DNA of 64,000 nt from contig JAXDQU010000079.1 in assembly GCA_034667685.1 (NCBI GenBank), forward strand, positions 1 through 64,000, in the 5' to 3' direction. This document shows, in pieces, positions 25,358-35,319 of the stretch; position 1 is the stretch's first letter, and the number at the start of each line of letters is the position of its first letter. Both the position numbers and the translations under genes were made by a program. The DNA comes from Thermoplasmata archaeon. GTDB taxonomy: Archaea; Thermoplasmatota; SW-10-69-26; JACQPN01; JAJPHT01. Under the pieces are notes generated by a model. That model saw only the letters and a list, made by a program, of their open reading frames with translations, was not told the origin of the DNA and did no database searches.

Positions 25358-25430
25358 GCCGTGGTGGCGCAGCTGGTAGCGCGTGGGACTCATAATCCCA
25401 AGGTCGCCGGTTCGAGCCCGGCCCACGGCA
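25358..25430 (+). tRNA. tRNA with CAT anticodon, probably elongator tRNA-Met
   Basis: Cloverleaf GCCGTGG/CCACGGC; CAT at 25391-25393; lacks initiator features (A1-U72, three G-C anticodon pairs); no intron. Confidence 0.9.
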
Positions 25431-25431
25431 T

Positions 25432-26847
25432 TCAGGATCTTGCTGTCTCGTCGCTATTTTCTTCGGCGAGGCGGCGCTTGCGCATCTCCTTCCACGCCTT
25501 GCGGCGGGCGCGGGCCTCGCGGCGCTCGTGGAGGAGCGTCCGGAAGAGGCGGCTTTCGAGGAGGACGAGCGCGACGACGAGGCCCACGACGAGCCCCGCG
25601 AGGAGGTTCACGGTGACGAGGTCGGGCAGCGCGTAGGTCAGCGTGGTGAAGATCAGCAGCGCGATGCCCAGCCACACGGGGAAGAGGATCAGCGGCTTCT
25701 GCCGGTCGGAGACCGCGGGGAGCAGGCCGTGCTCGTGCTTGCCGAAGAGGCGCTTGAGGCTGCCCCAGAGCGCGAGCGTCACGAGCAGGCCCACGAAGGC
25801 GCCCGCGAGGAGGCCGTAGAAGATGTCGAGGCCCGCGAGGCTGAACGCGGCGACGACGGCCAGCGCGGCGGCGAGGCCCGCGGCAAGGAAGACCGGCGCC
25901 CGCATGCGCTTGGGGATGCCCGGCTCGTAGTCGGGGTAGCGGCGCCAGCGGCCCGGCCCGCCCCAGACGGCGGCGCTGATGCCGAACGCGGCGACGAAGC
26001 CCAGCGCGAAGGCGATGGGGAGCAGCGCGTCGGCGGGAAGGAGGTCCTTGCCGCGCGGGTTGACGTTGGTGAAGCCGGTGAGGATCGCGCCGAGGATCGC
26101 CGTGAACGGGATGCCCAGCACGACGCCGGTGGCGAGGAAGAGGCGCGGGCGCGCCTTGCCGCCCACCTTCTGGAGCGCCTCGGCGGGGCCGTGCCTGGGC
26201 GTGGGGATGCCCACGGTGAGGTAGCCCACCAGCGCCGCGAGCAGGACGCACAGCGGCAGGAGCACGAGCGGCTGGAGGCCGAGCAGCTCCGTGACGCGGT
26301 CGGGGTAGCGGTCCATCAGGCCCGTCGTGACGACGCCCAGGAGGACGTAGAGCACGAGGAACGTCAGGACGAAGATGGGCCAGAAGAAGTGCCGGCGGCG
26401 CTCGGCCGGGATCGCGCGGTACGCGTCCTTCAGGCGCATCTGCGGCGTGGGGAAGCCGACCGCGAGGTAGGCCAGCACGCAGCCGCCCACGCTGGCGATG
26501 GCGATCGAGAGGTACGTCGCGAGGTCCAGCGAGAGTCCGGTGCGCGTCAGCGGCGTGCCCGCGACGGGGTAGAGCAGGAGCGAGAGGAAGATCGCGAGCG
26601 GGAAGAAGAGGTACGGCTTGACCTTCGGGTCGAGGATGGGCTTGCCGTCCTTGTGCGTGAGGATGGGCCACCCGAGGAGCACGTACGCCGCCGCGATGGC
26701 GATGGGCAGCGAGAGGACGATGGGGTAGTAGATGTCAGGCGTCGCGATCGCCAGGATCAGGAAGGCGAGCAGGAACGCGCCCGCGGCGACGGGGACGAAG
26801 TAGAGGGTGCGCTTGTCCGCCGGGAGCTTGTCCAGGACGGGCTTCAT
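25432..26847 (-). CDS. Multi-pass membrane protein
   Basis: 471 aa with more than 10 TM segments in repeated helix pairs. Confidence 0.8.
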   Translation of the reverse strand: MKPVLDKLPADKRTLYFVPVAAGAFLLAFLILAIATPDIYYPIVLSLPIAIAAAYVLLGWPILTHKDGKPILDPKVKPYLFFPLAIFLSLLLYPVAGTPLTRTGLSLDLATYLSIAIASVGGCVLAYLAVGFPTPQMRLKDAYRAIPAERRRHFFWPIFVLTFLVLYVLLGVVTTGLMDRYPDRVTELLGLQPLVLLPLCVLLAALVGYLTVGIPTPRHGPAEALQKVGGKARPRLFLATGVVLGIPFTAILGAILTGFTNVNPRGKDLLPADALLPIAFALGFVAAFGISAAVWGGPGRWRRYPDYEPGIPKRMRAPVFLAAGLAAALAVVAAFSLAGLDIFYGLLAGAFVGLLVTLALWGSLKRLFGKHEHGLLPAVSDRQKPLILFPVWLGIALLIFTTLTYALPDLVTVNLLAGLVVGLVVALVLLESRLFRTLLHERREARARRKAWKEMRKRRLAEENSDETARS

Positions 26848-26930
26848 CCGCGCTTTTGCAGGAGTATGCTCCTCTTAACCCCTTTGAAGGTGGAGCTTGA
26901 CGGACGCGCCAGAAGCGGCCGCCCGTGATC

Positions 26931-27020
26931 CGGAATTGGAATCGGAATTGGAATCGGAAGCGGACTCGGAAGGACGTCCGTCCCGAGCCCGCTTCCGATT
27001 CCTCTTCCGAGCCCGGAAGC
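26931..27020. repeat. Palindrome of hexamer tandem units (YGGAAT)
   Basis: Arms 26950-26969 and 26983-27002 are 19/20 complementary. Confidence 0.85.
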
Positions 27021-27656
27021 TCAGTCGGCCCGCGAGAGGTACTTCGCCGGCACCTCGTCCGTGATGTAGACGGTCTTGCCCGCCTGCTGGATGAGGATGC
27101 CGTCCATGCGCGCCTGGAAGGAGTCGACGCGCAGGATGATGGGCGCCTCGGCGCGGCGCAGGCCGGCGGAGAGCGCGTTCTCGTACGAGCGCGAGAGGTG
27201 CACCTTCTGGCGGTCCGTGGGCTGGAGGCCGCGCTCCAGGATCAGCTCGACCTCCTCCTCCGTGACCGGATAGTAGAGGTCGTCGGGCACGTCGTCGCCG
27301 GGCAGGTCCTTCAGGTCCAGCTTCATCGAGTGGCCGTAGGTGGCGCGGACGCGGTCGCCCTCGATCTGGTAACGCCCCTTCGGGTCGGTCGCGACGATGG
27401 CGACGAGGTGGTAGGGCTTGATCCAGTGCAGGCGGTCCTTCTGCGTGCGCATCTGCGCGATGAACTCCTCGATGCTCACCCAGCCCTGCGCGTCCATCTC
27501 CACGCCGAACTTCTCGGGGAAGTGGCGCAGCACGCCGGCCATGATGCGGCCGACGCGGTTGAGCTCGTGCTCGTTCATGAGGAACCTGCCTTCTTGGCCG
27601 CAGTCGGGGCACGCCTCGCCCCGGAAGTAGCCATGGCTCTGGCATTCCCGTAGCAT
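27021..27656 (-). CDS. kptA: RNA 2'-phosphotransferase (Tpt1/KptA) with archaeal N-terminal Zn finger
   Basis: CQSHGYFRGEACPDCG, LRH.PE, KGRY, RATYGHS, RQKVHLS. Confidence 0.92.
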   Translation of the reverse strand: MLRECQSHGYFRGEACPDCGQEGRFLMNEHELNRVGRIMAGVLRHFPEKFGVEMDAQGWVSIEEFIAQMRTQKDRLHWIKPYHLVAIVATDPKGRYQIEGDRVRATYGHSMKLDLKDLPGDDVPDDLYYPVTEEEVELILERGLQPTDRQKVHLSRSYENALSAGLRRAEAPIILRVDSFQARMDGILIQQAGKTVYITDEVPAKYLSRAD

Positions 27657-27708
27657 ACGGCGCGCCATCCGGGCTTTCCAGTTTAAGGGTTTGCGGCGGG
27701 GCTTCGCC

Positions 27709-27787
27709 GGGCTCTGGACTCGGGACTCTGGGCTCTGGACGCTCGACTTGCGGGAGCCCTGAGCCCCGAGTCCAGAGTCCGGAGCCC
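27709..27787. repeat. Palindrome of heptamer tandem units (GGRCTCN)
   Basis: About five units per arm; same family as 34390-34459. Confidence 0.85.
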
Positions 27788-27830
27788 GGCAACGTCAACC
27801 TCATCCGCGTGTGCACAGGTGCGCGCGCAC

Positions 27831-28451
27831 ATGCCCCCAACGGCGCGCGAGCTCGCCAGCGCGACGCAGCTCTTCCTCGCCCGCCACGCCGAGGCGCTCG
27901 CGTCGGGCGAGGGATCGCGCACGCTGGAGGCCGTGGAGGGGCTGCTCCTCGCGCTCGACGAGACGCTGCCCGCGGAGATCGACGCCATCTCCGGCGCGGA
28001 CGAGCGGGCGCGCGCCGTCCTGCGCCGGCGCATGGCGGAGTGCGAGGGCGTGCTGATGCAGCTTCGGCTCGCGCTGCGCAACCTCGCGGCCGGCCAGGCG
28101 GATGCCTTTCGCCTGGTGGCGCTGCTCACCGCGGCGCGCGCGACGTTGCGCGGGCTGGAGCAGACGCTGCTCGTCTGGGCCGAGGCGGAGCTTCCCGCGC
28201 CGGAGGCGGGCGCGTGCCTGCGCGCGGCGCGCGAGTCGCTGCTCGCGGGCGCGCCCGAGGCGGCTGGGCTCGCGCTGCGCCGCGCGCTGGACGCGGTGCG
28301 CGTGCCCGAGGCGCTGGAGCCGGAGGCGCGCGATCTGGCGCGGGCGCTGGACGCCGGCACGCCGGACCTGGTCGCGGGGTGGGCGATGCTCGACGCGGTC
28401 GACGCGCTCTGGAACCGCGCGGCGACGTTCAGGCCGCCGCCTTCACCGTGA
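27831..28451 (+). CDS. Helical hypothetical protein
   Basis: 206-aa Ala/Leu-rich ORF with host-like codons. Confidence 0.6.
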   Translation: MPPTARELASATQLFLARHAEALASGEGSRTLEAVEGLLLALDETLPAEIDAISGADERARAVLRRRMAECEGVLMQLRLALRNLAAGQADAFRLVALLTAARATLRGLEQTLLVWAEAELPAPEAGACLRAARESLLAGAPEAAGLALRRALDAVRVPEALEPEARDLARALDAGTPDLVAGWAMLDAVDALWNRAATFRPPPSP

Positions 28452-28977
28452 CCTTGCCGGCCATGCCGGCGCCGCGGTGCGAGCCGAGGCCTTGTCCCGA
28501 GGGGTCCGGCGCCCCGGTCCCCTTGTCGCAGTACATGTCGAACGTGCCCGCCTTGGTCGGCGTCAGCGTGACGCTCTTGGTGGCGCCCGCCGCGATGTCG
28601 CCCGAGCTGAAGCCGAGGTCGGGGATGACGACGTCGTGCGTGCCCTGGCCGACGTTCTTGATCGTGACGTTCACGGGCATGCCCACGACGAGCGCGTCCA
28701 TGCCCTTCGCGGTGAGGTACATGCTGCCCGGCGTCGGCGCGGGCGTGGGGCCGCTCTCGCCCAGCTCGATCGTGGCCGTCATGGGCATCATCGTCCCGTC
28801 GGTGGCCGTGGAGTTGTTGGCCGCGGGCGTGGGCGTGGCGTCGTTCTTCGTCGCGCAGCCGGCGAGGCCCGCAGCGAGAGCGAGGGCGACGACGAAGACC
28901 GCCCGAGCCCGCAGGCGACGGCGGTCTTCGTGGGGGACCAGCGGGGCGACGAGCAGGAGGGCGAGGATGGCGCGCAT
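28429..28977 (-). CDS. Cupredoxin-domain lipoprotein (type-1 copper)
   Basis: LAGC lipobox; H(DVV)...YC...H....M ligand set. Confidence 0.8.
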   Translation of the reverse strand: MRAILALLLVAPLVPHEDRRRLRARAVFVVALALAAGLAGCATKNDATPTPAANNSTATDGTMMPMTATIELGESGPTPAPTPGSMYLTAKGMDALVVGMPVNVTIKNVGQGTHDVVIPDLGFSSGDIAAGATKSVTLTPTKAGTFDMYCDKGTGAPDPSGQGLGSHRGAGMAGKVTVKAAA

Positions 28978-29052
28978 CGCGCCGGGCAGGCCACGGCGAC
29001 GGATAAGGTGCATGTCGCTGGGCTTATCCGAAGCGCGCCGTCTCGCGCGGCC

Positions 29053-29358
29053 ATGCACGTCCCCGTTCCCGCGCCGCGCTTCGTGCGCGAGGAGGCGCCC
29101 GAGGCGCAGGCGTTCGTGCTGCACGACGGGCGGCGCGCCCGCAGCCTGGCGCAGCTCGTGGACGTCCTGGCGGGCTCGCCCGCGGCGTTGGCGGCGTACC
29201 ACCGCGAGCACTTCGCCCCGTGGCTGCGCGACGTCGTGGGGGACGAGCCCCTGGCGCGGCGCTTCGACTTCTTCGCGCGGCAGGGCGGCGATCCCGACGC
29301 GCTGCGCGAGACGCTGGTCGCGCTGGGCCGGGCGCGCGTGCGCGAGCTCGACGGCTGA
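29053..29358 (+). CDS. DUF5752-like small protein
   Basis: AFVLHDG..ARSL..L...YH..HFAPWLRDVVGD..LA. Confidence 0.7.
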   Translation: MHVPVPAPRFVREEAPEAQAFVLHDGRRARSLAQLVDVLAGSPAALAAYHREHFAPWLRDVVGDEPLARRFDFFARQGGDPDALRETLVALGRARVRELDG

Positions 29359-29461
29359 CGCGCGGCTACGCGTTCACGCGCGACTTCAGAGAACTGTGGA
29401 CCGTCGATCGGGTGCGGGACCACAAACCATATCGAATGCGCTGGCGTGGGACGGCCCGAGG

Positions 29462-29890
29462 GTGACCGTGAGGGCGTCCGAACTTGCGAAGCTCGCCGCC
29501 GTCCTGGCGAAGGAGGCGAGCGACCTGGCGGATCTGCACGGTCGCGGGAAGCGCGCGCCGGACGCCACGAGACGCGCCGCCCTGCGCGCGGCGGCGGCCA
29601 GCGCGGCGCTCGAGGCGGTCGCGGAGCGGGACGAGGAGCCCGGGGTGCTGATCGAGCGCGCGACCCGGGCGCTGGGCGTCGCGGCGCGCGCCCTCGCGTT
29701 GGCCCGCCGCGCGGCGCCGGCCGCGACGCGCCGCGGGTCCGGGCGCCGCTTGGCGCCGGCCACGCACCACCAGCGCTGCCTGGCGTGCGGGAAGCTGAGC
29801 CTGGCCGACACGGGCCGCGGCGCGACCGACTTCCGCCACAAGCACCGGAAGACGTGCCCGGACGCCGCGTTCGAGCACGTGCGGCCCTAG
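29462..29890 (+). CDS. Hypothetical protein with a C-terminal Zn finger
   Basis: Helical N-terminal part; CLACG...H...C. Confidence 0.55.
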   Translation: MTVRASELAKLAAVLAKEASDLADLHGRGKRAPDATRRAALRAAAASAALEAVAERDEEPGVLIERATRALGVAARALALARRAAPAATRRGSGRRLAPATHHQRCLACGKLSLADTGRGATDFRHKHRKTCPDAAFEHVRP

Positions 29891-31080
29891 CGGCGCCGCC
29901 GAAGGGCCACGAGCGCGACCGCTGCGACCACGAGCGCCAGCTCCGGCCCGGGCGCCTTGCTCGTGGCGACGGGCTTGACGGGGCTCGCGTCGGCGAGGAC
30001 GACGTTCGCGTAGGCGGCGTGGTCGAGGCCGCTCCACGCGGCGAGCACGATGCCGATGTCCTGCGTGCCGTTGTCCACGACGGCCTGCGTGTAGACCGCC
30101 TTGTCGACCGCGTCCTGCGTGAAGACGCCCGCGAGGCCGCGCGACTGCACGCCGCTCACGGTCGTGTTGTTGAGCTGCTTCTGGAAGCTGCGGTCCGCGT
30201 CGGGGAAGACGGTGCTAACACGCCCCTTGGCGTCTCCGTAGATCGTCGACATCTCGGTGAAGCGCTCGGCGCCCTCCTCGAGCTCGTAGAGCGCGACGGC
30301 GAGCGTCGTCTCGTTGCCGGCGCGCGCGGGCCGCGCGAGGACCTCGTAGGGCTGGAGCGCGGGGTGCACGTCGCCCGGGTCCTGCATCGCCACCGCCGTC
30401 GAGTTCGCCCAGCGCTCCGGAAGGACGAGCGGCGGCACGCCGTCGAGGGCGAGCCCCGCGTCGAGCGCGTCGCCCGCGACCTGCACGTCGAGCCGGACGG
30501 ACTGCGTCATGCGCGCGAAGACGAGGTCGTAGTCGAAGGGGATGGCGGGCTCGTGGGAGAACCGGTCGAGGAGCGCCTCGAAGCCGTTGTCGCCCACCTT
30601 CGCGGCCGCGCCGAGGTCCGCGGCGTAGAGCGTCATCTCCAGCGCCTGCACGCTGCGGATCGCGCCGTCGGTCTCGTGCAGCTTCGCGCGGAAGGCGAGC
30701 CACGTGTCGTTCGACTCGGCGCGCCACGCGAGCGCGCGCTGCTTGACGAACGCGCGCTGGTCGCCCGCCGTCGCGGCGGTCTGGTTCGTCGCGTCCTGGA
30801 GCTGGTGCGCGCGCACGATCTGCACGAGCGTCTCGGCGTCGTAGAGCGTGGCGTGGAAGCGCCCCGCGTCGCGGTCGGCGCGCGCCTTCGTGAGCCAGAC
30901 GGACGCATCGGGCCACCAGGGCGCGCCGGACGACTCGTTCTCCAGCGGCGTGACGCGCTCGACGATCTTGGGCGCGAGGTCGCGCAGCGTCGGCGCGTAG
31001 GGCAGCGGATCGCGCGTCGCGGCCACCGTCGGAAGGACGAGGGCGAGGACGAGGACGAGGGCAAGGACGAGGGACCTCAC
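29887..31080 (-). CDS. Secreted helical protein with PGF-CTERM-like tail
   Basis: GTGA overlap; signal peptide; KAPGPELALVVAAVALVALRRRR. Confidence 0.8.
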   Translation of the reverse strand: MRSLVLALVLVLALVLPTVAATRDPLPYAPTLRDLAPKIVERVTPLENESSGAPWWPDASVWLTKARADRDAGRFHATLYDAETLVQIVRAHQLQDATNQTAATAGDQRAFVKQRALAWRAESNDTWLAFRAKLHETDGAIRSVQALEMTLYAADLGAAAKVGDNGFEALLDRFSHEPAIPFDYDLVFARMTQSVRLDVQVAGDALDAGLALDGVPPLVLPERWANSTAVAMQDPGDVHPALQPYEVLARPARAGNETTLAVALYELEEGAERFTEMSTIYGDAKGRVSTVFPDADRSFQKQLNNTTVSGVQSRGLAGVFTQDAVDKAVYTQAVVDNGTQDIGIVLAAWSGLDHAAYANVVLADASPVKPVATSKAPGPELALVVAAVALVALRRRR

Positions 31081-34000
31081 GCGCGCCGCCTCCGGGCGAG
31101 GCCCAGCGCCAGCGCGAGCGCCAGCCCCAGCGCGGGCAGCTCGAAGCCGGGCGAGGACTTGCCGGCGGGGCTCGCGGGCGTGGGCGCGGCGCCTGCGGCC
31201 TGGATCGTCACGGGGACCTTCAGCGCGGTGGCGAGCGCCACGCCGGAGGCATCGCGCGCGACGAAGCTCAGGCTGGTCGTGTCCGCGACGGCGGCGGCGG
31301 GCGGCGCGAACGTCGCGTTGACGAGGCGCGTCTCGCCGGGCGCCAGCGTGATCGCCGCGGTGGGCAGCGTGAGCCACGCCTTGCGCACGCCTTCGCCCGC
31401 GAGCGTGACGGTCGCGCTCTGGCTGCCCGCGTTGCGGAGCGTCAGCGGGATGGGTGTCGCGACGCCCGCGGTCGCGGTGACGCTGGCGGGGCCCGTGACC
31501 TCGACGTCGAGCGTCGGCGCGGGCGCGATGGGCAGCACGTTGGGCGCGCTCACGTCGTCGGGGCTCGTGGCGACGAGCAGGCCGCTTCCCGCCTCGGCGT
31601 ACCAGGTCAGGTTGCCCGCGACGATATCGCGGCCGGGGATCGTGCCGCCGAAGTAGCTGGTCGCGCCCTGGCGCGTGAGCGGGAGCATCGTGTACGTCGA
31701 GGCTCCCTCGGGCCTGTAGTAGAGGCGCGCGACGAGCGGGTCGTCGCCGGTGGCGTAGACGGTGACGTCGAGGTCGCGCCCCGCAGTCCACGAGGGGGGC
31801 ATCGTCGGCTTCACCGTGAGCTGCACCTTGGGCTCGGGCACGGGTGTGAGCAGGACGTGCGCCTCGGGGCTCGTGTCGTTGCCGGCCAGCGCGCGCGCCG
31901 CGATCTCGATCGGGCCATTCAGCGGGCCGGTGGTCGTGTCCCACGCGTAGGTCCACGACTCGGCGCCGGTCGCGTCCTTCCAGTCGGCGTCGCCGATCTT
32001 GACCTGCACGCGGTCCACGTCGCCGCCCAGGCGGAACGCGCTCCCCTTGAGCGTGACGAGGCCGGTAACAGCGCTGCCGTCGCGCGGCGAGTCGATGCGC
32101 ACGGAGAGCGCGCCCGCGCCGCCCACGCTGCCCGACGCGGTGCCGGTGGCGCCGGGCCCGACGCGCACGACGCCGGGTCCGTCCTGCATGGGGAGGAACG
32201 TCTGCGCGAGCGTGTCGAAGCGCGCGATGCCGGCGTAGGTGGAGAGGTAGAGGATGCCGTCGGCCTCGCCGATGCCGGTGACGAACTCCTGCACGAGGCC
32301 GTCGGCCGCGGCGAACGTGCGCTCCTGGCCGGTGGTGACGTCGATGCGCACGAGGCCGCCGTGCGTGCCCGCGTAGAGGTAACGCCCGTCGCGGTAGAGG
32401 ACGTCGACCTCCGTGTCGGGGAAGGACGGGTCCGTCGTGTGGTTCCAGACCCTGGTGACCTTGCCGCTGGCGACGTCGAGGCGTGCGACGCCGCCGGTGC
32501 GCAGCCCCACGTAGACCGAGGCGCCGTCGGGCAGCACGCGGTAGACGAAGCCGTCGCCGGGCAGGCCGTCCGCGTAGGTGTAGGTGTTGACGACGCCGCC
32601 CGTGACGCGGTTGAGGCGGATGACGCCGCTGGCCGCGCCGACCCACGCCTCGTTGGGCGTGAGCCGGACGTCGGTCGTGAAGTCGTCGGGGAACGTGGGG
32701 CTCGTCGTCTTGTTGTAGAAGACGCCCACGCCCGTCGTCTGGTTCATGCGCGCGATCCCGCCGCCGAACGCCGCGATCCACACGTCGCCCTGCGAGGAGT
32801 CGACGCCGTAGCTGATGCCGTTCTTCCAGGGCGTCGAGAGCCACTTGCCGTGGACCCAATCGAGGCCCCACGTGCCGCTGAAGGTGCTGAACCACGTGTC
32901 GTTGCCGTCGGTCTGGATCCACGTGACCGGCGCGGTCGCGCCGTTGCAGAGCGCATTGTTCTGGAGCAGGCCCAGGTTGTAGAAGCGGCCCGGCTTGCCC
33001 TGCTGCGGGAGCTGGTAGGCGCTGATCCCCTCGGGGCGGCCGAACCAGAGGAAGCTGCCGGAGCCGCCCACGCCGCCCGACGTGAAACGGTAGTCGTCGG
33101 CGCACGAGCCCGGCCCGTTGGACGCGCCGCTGCTGGGACCCGTCGTGTAGTACGTCCACACGCCGTGCTGGAGCCACGAGACGCCGCGGCTCGTGCCGAA
33201 CGCCCAGCCCATGCTATCATCGTACGCGTCGTCCGCGACGAAGGCGCCGTAGATGCCGTAGTCCGCGGTGAGCGTGGCGTTGGCGCCCGTGTCGGGCTGG
33301 AGCTGCCAGGCGCCGTTGCCCGTGTCCGCGATGAGCGCGGGCCCGCCGCCCTGCGTGGGCACCCGGGAAAGCTTGTTGACGTAGTTCGAGGGGAGGTCGC
33401 CGCTCGTGTTCGTGTAGCGCTTCCACTCGTCGGGCGTGCCGTTGGCGCTGGGCCGCCAGCGCGCGATGCCGAAGTGCGTGGCGAAGAACACGTCGCCGCC
33501 CACGGGCTTGGCGTCGATGAGGTGGTTGTTGAACAGGCCGTTCTTGTCCTGCGTGACGTTGCTCCACGCGGCGGGGTCCTGCACGTTGCCGTTCGCGCGG
33601 TCGAAGCGCCACGCGCCGTTGCCGTCCGTGGCGACCCAGACCGTCGCGTCGTCGACGTTGACGTTGCGCACGGGGCGCGGCAGGAAGGCGCCCGTGCTCG
33701 TGTTCTTGAAGAACCACGAGTTGGTCGTGAGGTTGAGGATGCCCAGCCCGGAGGAGTGCGTGCCGAACCAGACCTCGTCGCCCACCACCGCGACGGAGCG
33801 CGAATAGGCGTCGGGGTCCTGCGCCACGAGCACGTCGGCGGGAAGGTTGGGGTTCGTGGCGTGCGTCCAGGGCGTGGCGATGCCCGTCGCCTCGTCGATG
33901 ACGGCGAGGCCGTTGTCCGCGCTGACGTACACCTTGCCGCGCGTCGCGGCGACGTCGAGCGCGAGGCTGGAGGGGAGGCCGTTCATCGCGGTGTAGAGCG

Positions 34001-34265
34001 TGCGCAGGCCGGTGGTCACGTTCTGGTGGACGACGCCGCCGGGCGCGGTGTACCAGATGTCGCCGTGCTCGTCGAACGTGACGGCGGTCACGCCGCCCAG
34101 CCCGACGAACACCGTGTCGTCGTAGCGCTGGATCGTGTCGTTCGTGCCGGGACGCGGGAACTGCACGACGTGCCCCGCCGCGCCGGCGACGGGAAGCGCG
34201 GGCGCCAGGCTCGCGAGCGCGAGGAGGACGGCCAGGAGGCGGAGGCCACGGTGGGGGGTGCGCAT
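31077..34265 (-). CDS. Large surface protein: Reg_prop-like beta-propellers, Ig-like domains and PGF-CTERM
   Basis: GLPS/WFGT..G repeats; C-terminus SPGFELPALGLALALALGLARRRRA. Confidence 0.88.
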   Translation of the reverse strand: MRTPHRGLRLLAVLLALASLAPALPVAGAAGHVVQFPRPGTNDTIQRYDDTVFVGLGGVTAVTFDEHGDIWYTAPGGVVHQNVTTGLRTLYTAMNGLPSSLALDVAATRGKVYVSADNGLAVIDEATGIATPWTHATNPNLPADVLVAQDPDAYSRSVAVVGDEVWFGTHSSGLGILNLTTNSWFFKNTSTGAFLPRPVRNVNVDDATVWVATDGNGAWRFDRANGNVQDPAAWSNVTQDKNGLFNNHLIDAKPVGGDVFFATHFGIARWRPSANGTPDEWKRYTNTSGDLPSNYVNKLSRVPTQGGGPALIADTGNGAWQLQPDTGANATLTADYGIYGAFVADDAYDDSMGWAFGTSRGVSWLQHGVWTYYTTGPSSGASNGPGSCADDYRFTSGGVGGSGSFLWFGRPEGISAYQLPQQGKPGRFYNLGLLQNNALCNGATAPVTWIQTDGNDTWFSTFSGTWGLDWVHGKWLSTPWKNGISYGVDSSQGDVWIAAFGGGIARMNQTTGVGVFYNKTTSPTFPDDFTTDVRLTPNEAWVGAASGVIRLNRVTGGVVNTYTYADGLPGDGFVYRVLPDGASVYVGLRTGGVARLDVASGKVTRVWNHTTDPSFPDTEVDVLYRDGRYLYAGTHGGLVRIDVTTGQERTFAAADGLVQEFVTGIGEADGILYLSTYAGIARFDTLAQTFLPMQDGPGVVRVGPGATGTASGSVGGAGALSVRIDSPRDGSAVTGLVTLKGSAFRLGGDVDRVQVKIGDADWKDATGAESWTYAWDTTTGPLNGPIEIAARALAGNDTSPEAHVLLTPVPEPKVQLTVKPTMPPSWTAGRDLDVTVYATGDDPLVARLYYRPEGASTYTMLPLTRQGATSYFGGTIPGRDIVAGNLTWYAEAGSGLLVATSPDDVSAPNVLPIAPAPTLDVEVTGPASVTATAGVATPIPLTLRNAGSQSATVTLAGEGVRKAWLTLPTAAITLAPGETRLVNATFAPPAAAVADTTSLSFVARDASGVALATALKVPVTIQAAGAAPTPASPAGKSSPGFELPALGLALALALGLARRRRA

Positions 34266-34389
34266 CGGACAGCCTCGTCCCTGCTAGGTGGGACGCTCCG
34301 GGACCCGAACGGGGCCATATAAGCGTTCTTTCGCAGGCGGTGGGCAACCAGCGCGCCACGAGACAATGGGGCTCGACGTGTCGAACGCG

Positions 34390-34459
34390 GGGCTCGGGGC
34401 TCTGGACTCAGGGCTCGGGGCTCCGGAGCCTTGAGTCCTGAGTCCAGAGCGCCGAGCCC
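34390..34459. repeat. Palindrome of 5+5 heptamer units
   Basis: GGGCTCG-type x5 directly followed by NGAGYCC-type x5; abuts a stop codon. Confidence 0.88.
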
Positions 34460-35262
34460 TACGCGGCGTTGAGCGACACGATCAGCTTCTGCGTGCTCCC
34501 GGCCTGGCAGAGCGCGTCGAGCGGGCAGGCGTCGCACATCGCGCGGCTGGCGCGGTAGGGCACGCCGTTGAGGAAGAGGTCGAAGTGGTTGACCGCGTCC
34601 AGGATCTCGGGCGTGAGCTGGTACTGGTCGCCCTGCTGCGCGAGGAGGCCGTGCTTCGCGAGCAGGTCGAGGCGGTCCTTGACGAACTCGCCGTACTGCC
34701 AGCTCTGCGCGATCTTCTCCCACTTCCTGGCGCCCCAGCGCGTGCTCGTGTACTCGGCGCCGTGCGCGCGGCCGTACATCTCGACGAAGTCGCGCGCGCC
34801 GAAGGGCTGGCTCCCCTTCGCCTGGAAGACACGGTACAATTCCAGGTTCATCGAGAGGTCGTCCGCCGTCTGCCGGTGGAGGCGCATGAAGCTGCACACC
34901 TCCCAGTGCTTGACCGGGAGCTTCCAGCGGTAGGTGTAAGCGTCGCGCAGCCCCTTGCCAAGCAGCTCGACGACGCCCAGCTCGTGGAGGTGCGCGAGCT
35001 TCTCGCGGACCTTGTGGCTCGTGAAGCCGTAGAACTCCGCGCTGCACCCCGCGCGGCTGCCGCCCTCCGAGACGAAGAGGTGGTTGGCCTTCCGGCTCGT
35101 GAAGCGCCCGACCTCCAGCTTCAGCTCCTGGTCGAGGATCAGGCTGCGGCCGCGCACGAGCGTCGTGAGGAAGGAGTCGTGGACGGTCCCGTAGACGTGG
35201 AGCTTCAGCGCCGCGAAGAACGCCTTGTCCGTGCTGAACTCGTCGACGGGAATAGCGTCCAA
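34459..35262 (-). CDS. Hypothetical protein, probable winged-helix domains and a C-terminal CxxCx5C
   Basis: VREKLAHLHELGVVE and VKDRLDLLAKHGLL...YQLTPE; CDACPLDALC. Confidence 0.7.
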   Translation of the reverse strand: MDAIPVDEFSTDKAFFAALKLHVYGTVHDSFLTTLVRGRSLILDQELKLEVGRFTSRKANHLFVSEGGSRAGCSAEFYGFTSHKVREKLAHLHELGVVELLGKGLRDAYTYRWKLPVKHWEVCSFMRLHRQTADDLSMNLELYRVFQAKGSQPFGARDFVEMYGRAHGAEYTSTRWGARKWEKIAQSWQYGEFVKDRLDLLAKHGLLAQQGDQYQLTPEILDAVNHFDLFLNGVPYRASRAMCDACPLDALCQAGSTQKLIVSLNAA

Positions 35263-35319
35263 CCTAGGCCCAGCGCTCCAGGATCGCCCGACGCTTCCTG
35301 GCGCACTTGAAGGTTGTCC

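Noticed and set aside
25358-25430. Initiator tRNA-Met, or a second integration site
   Set aside because: It lacks initiator identity elements, and no integrase or duplicated tRNA fragment lies nearby. Ile2 identity is not strictly excluded.
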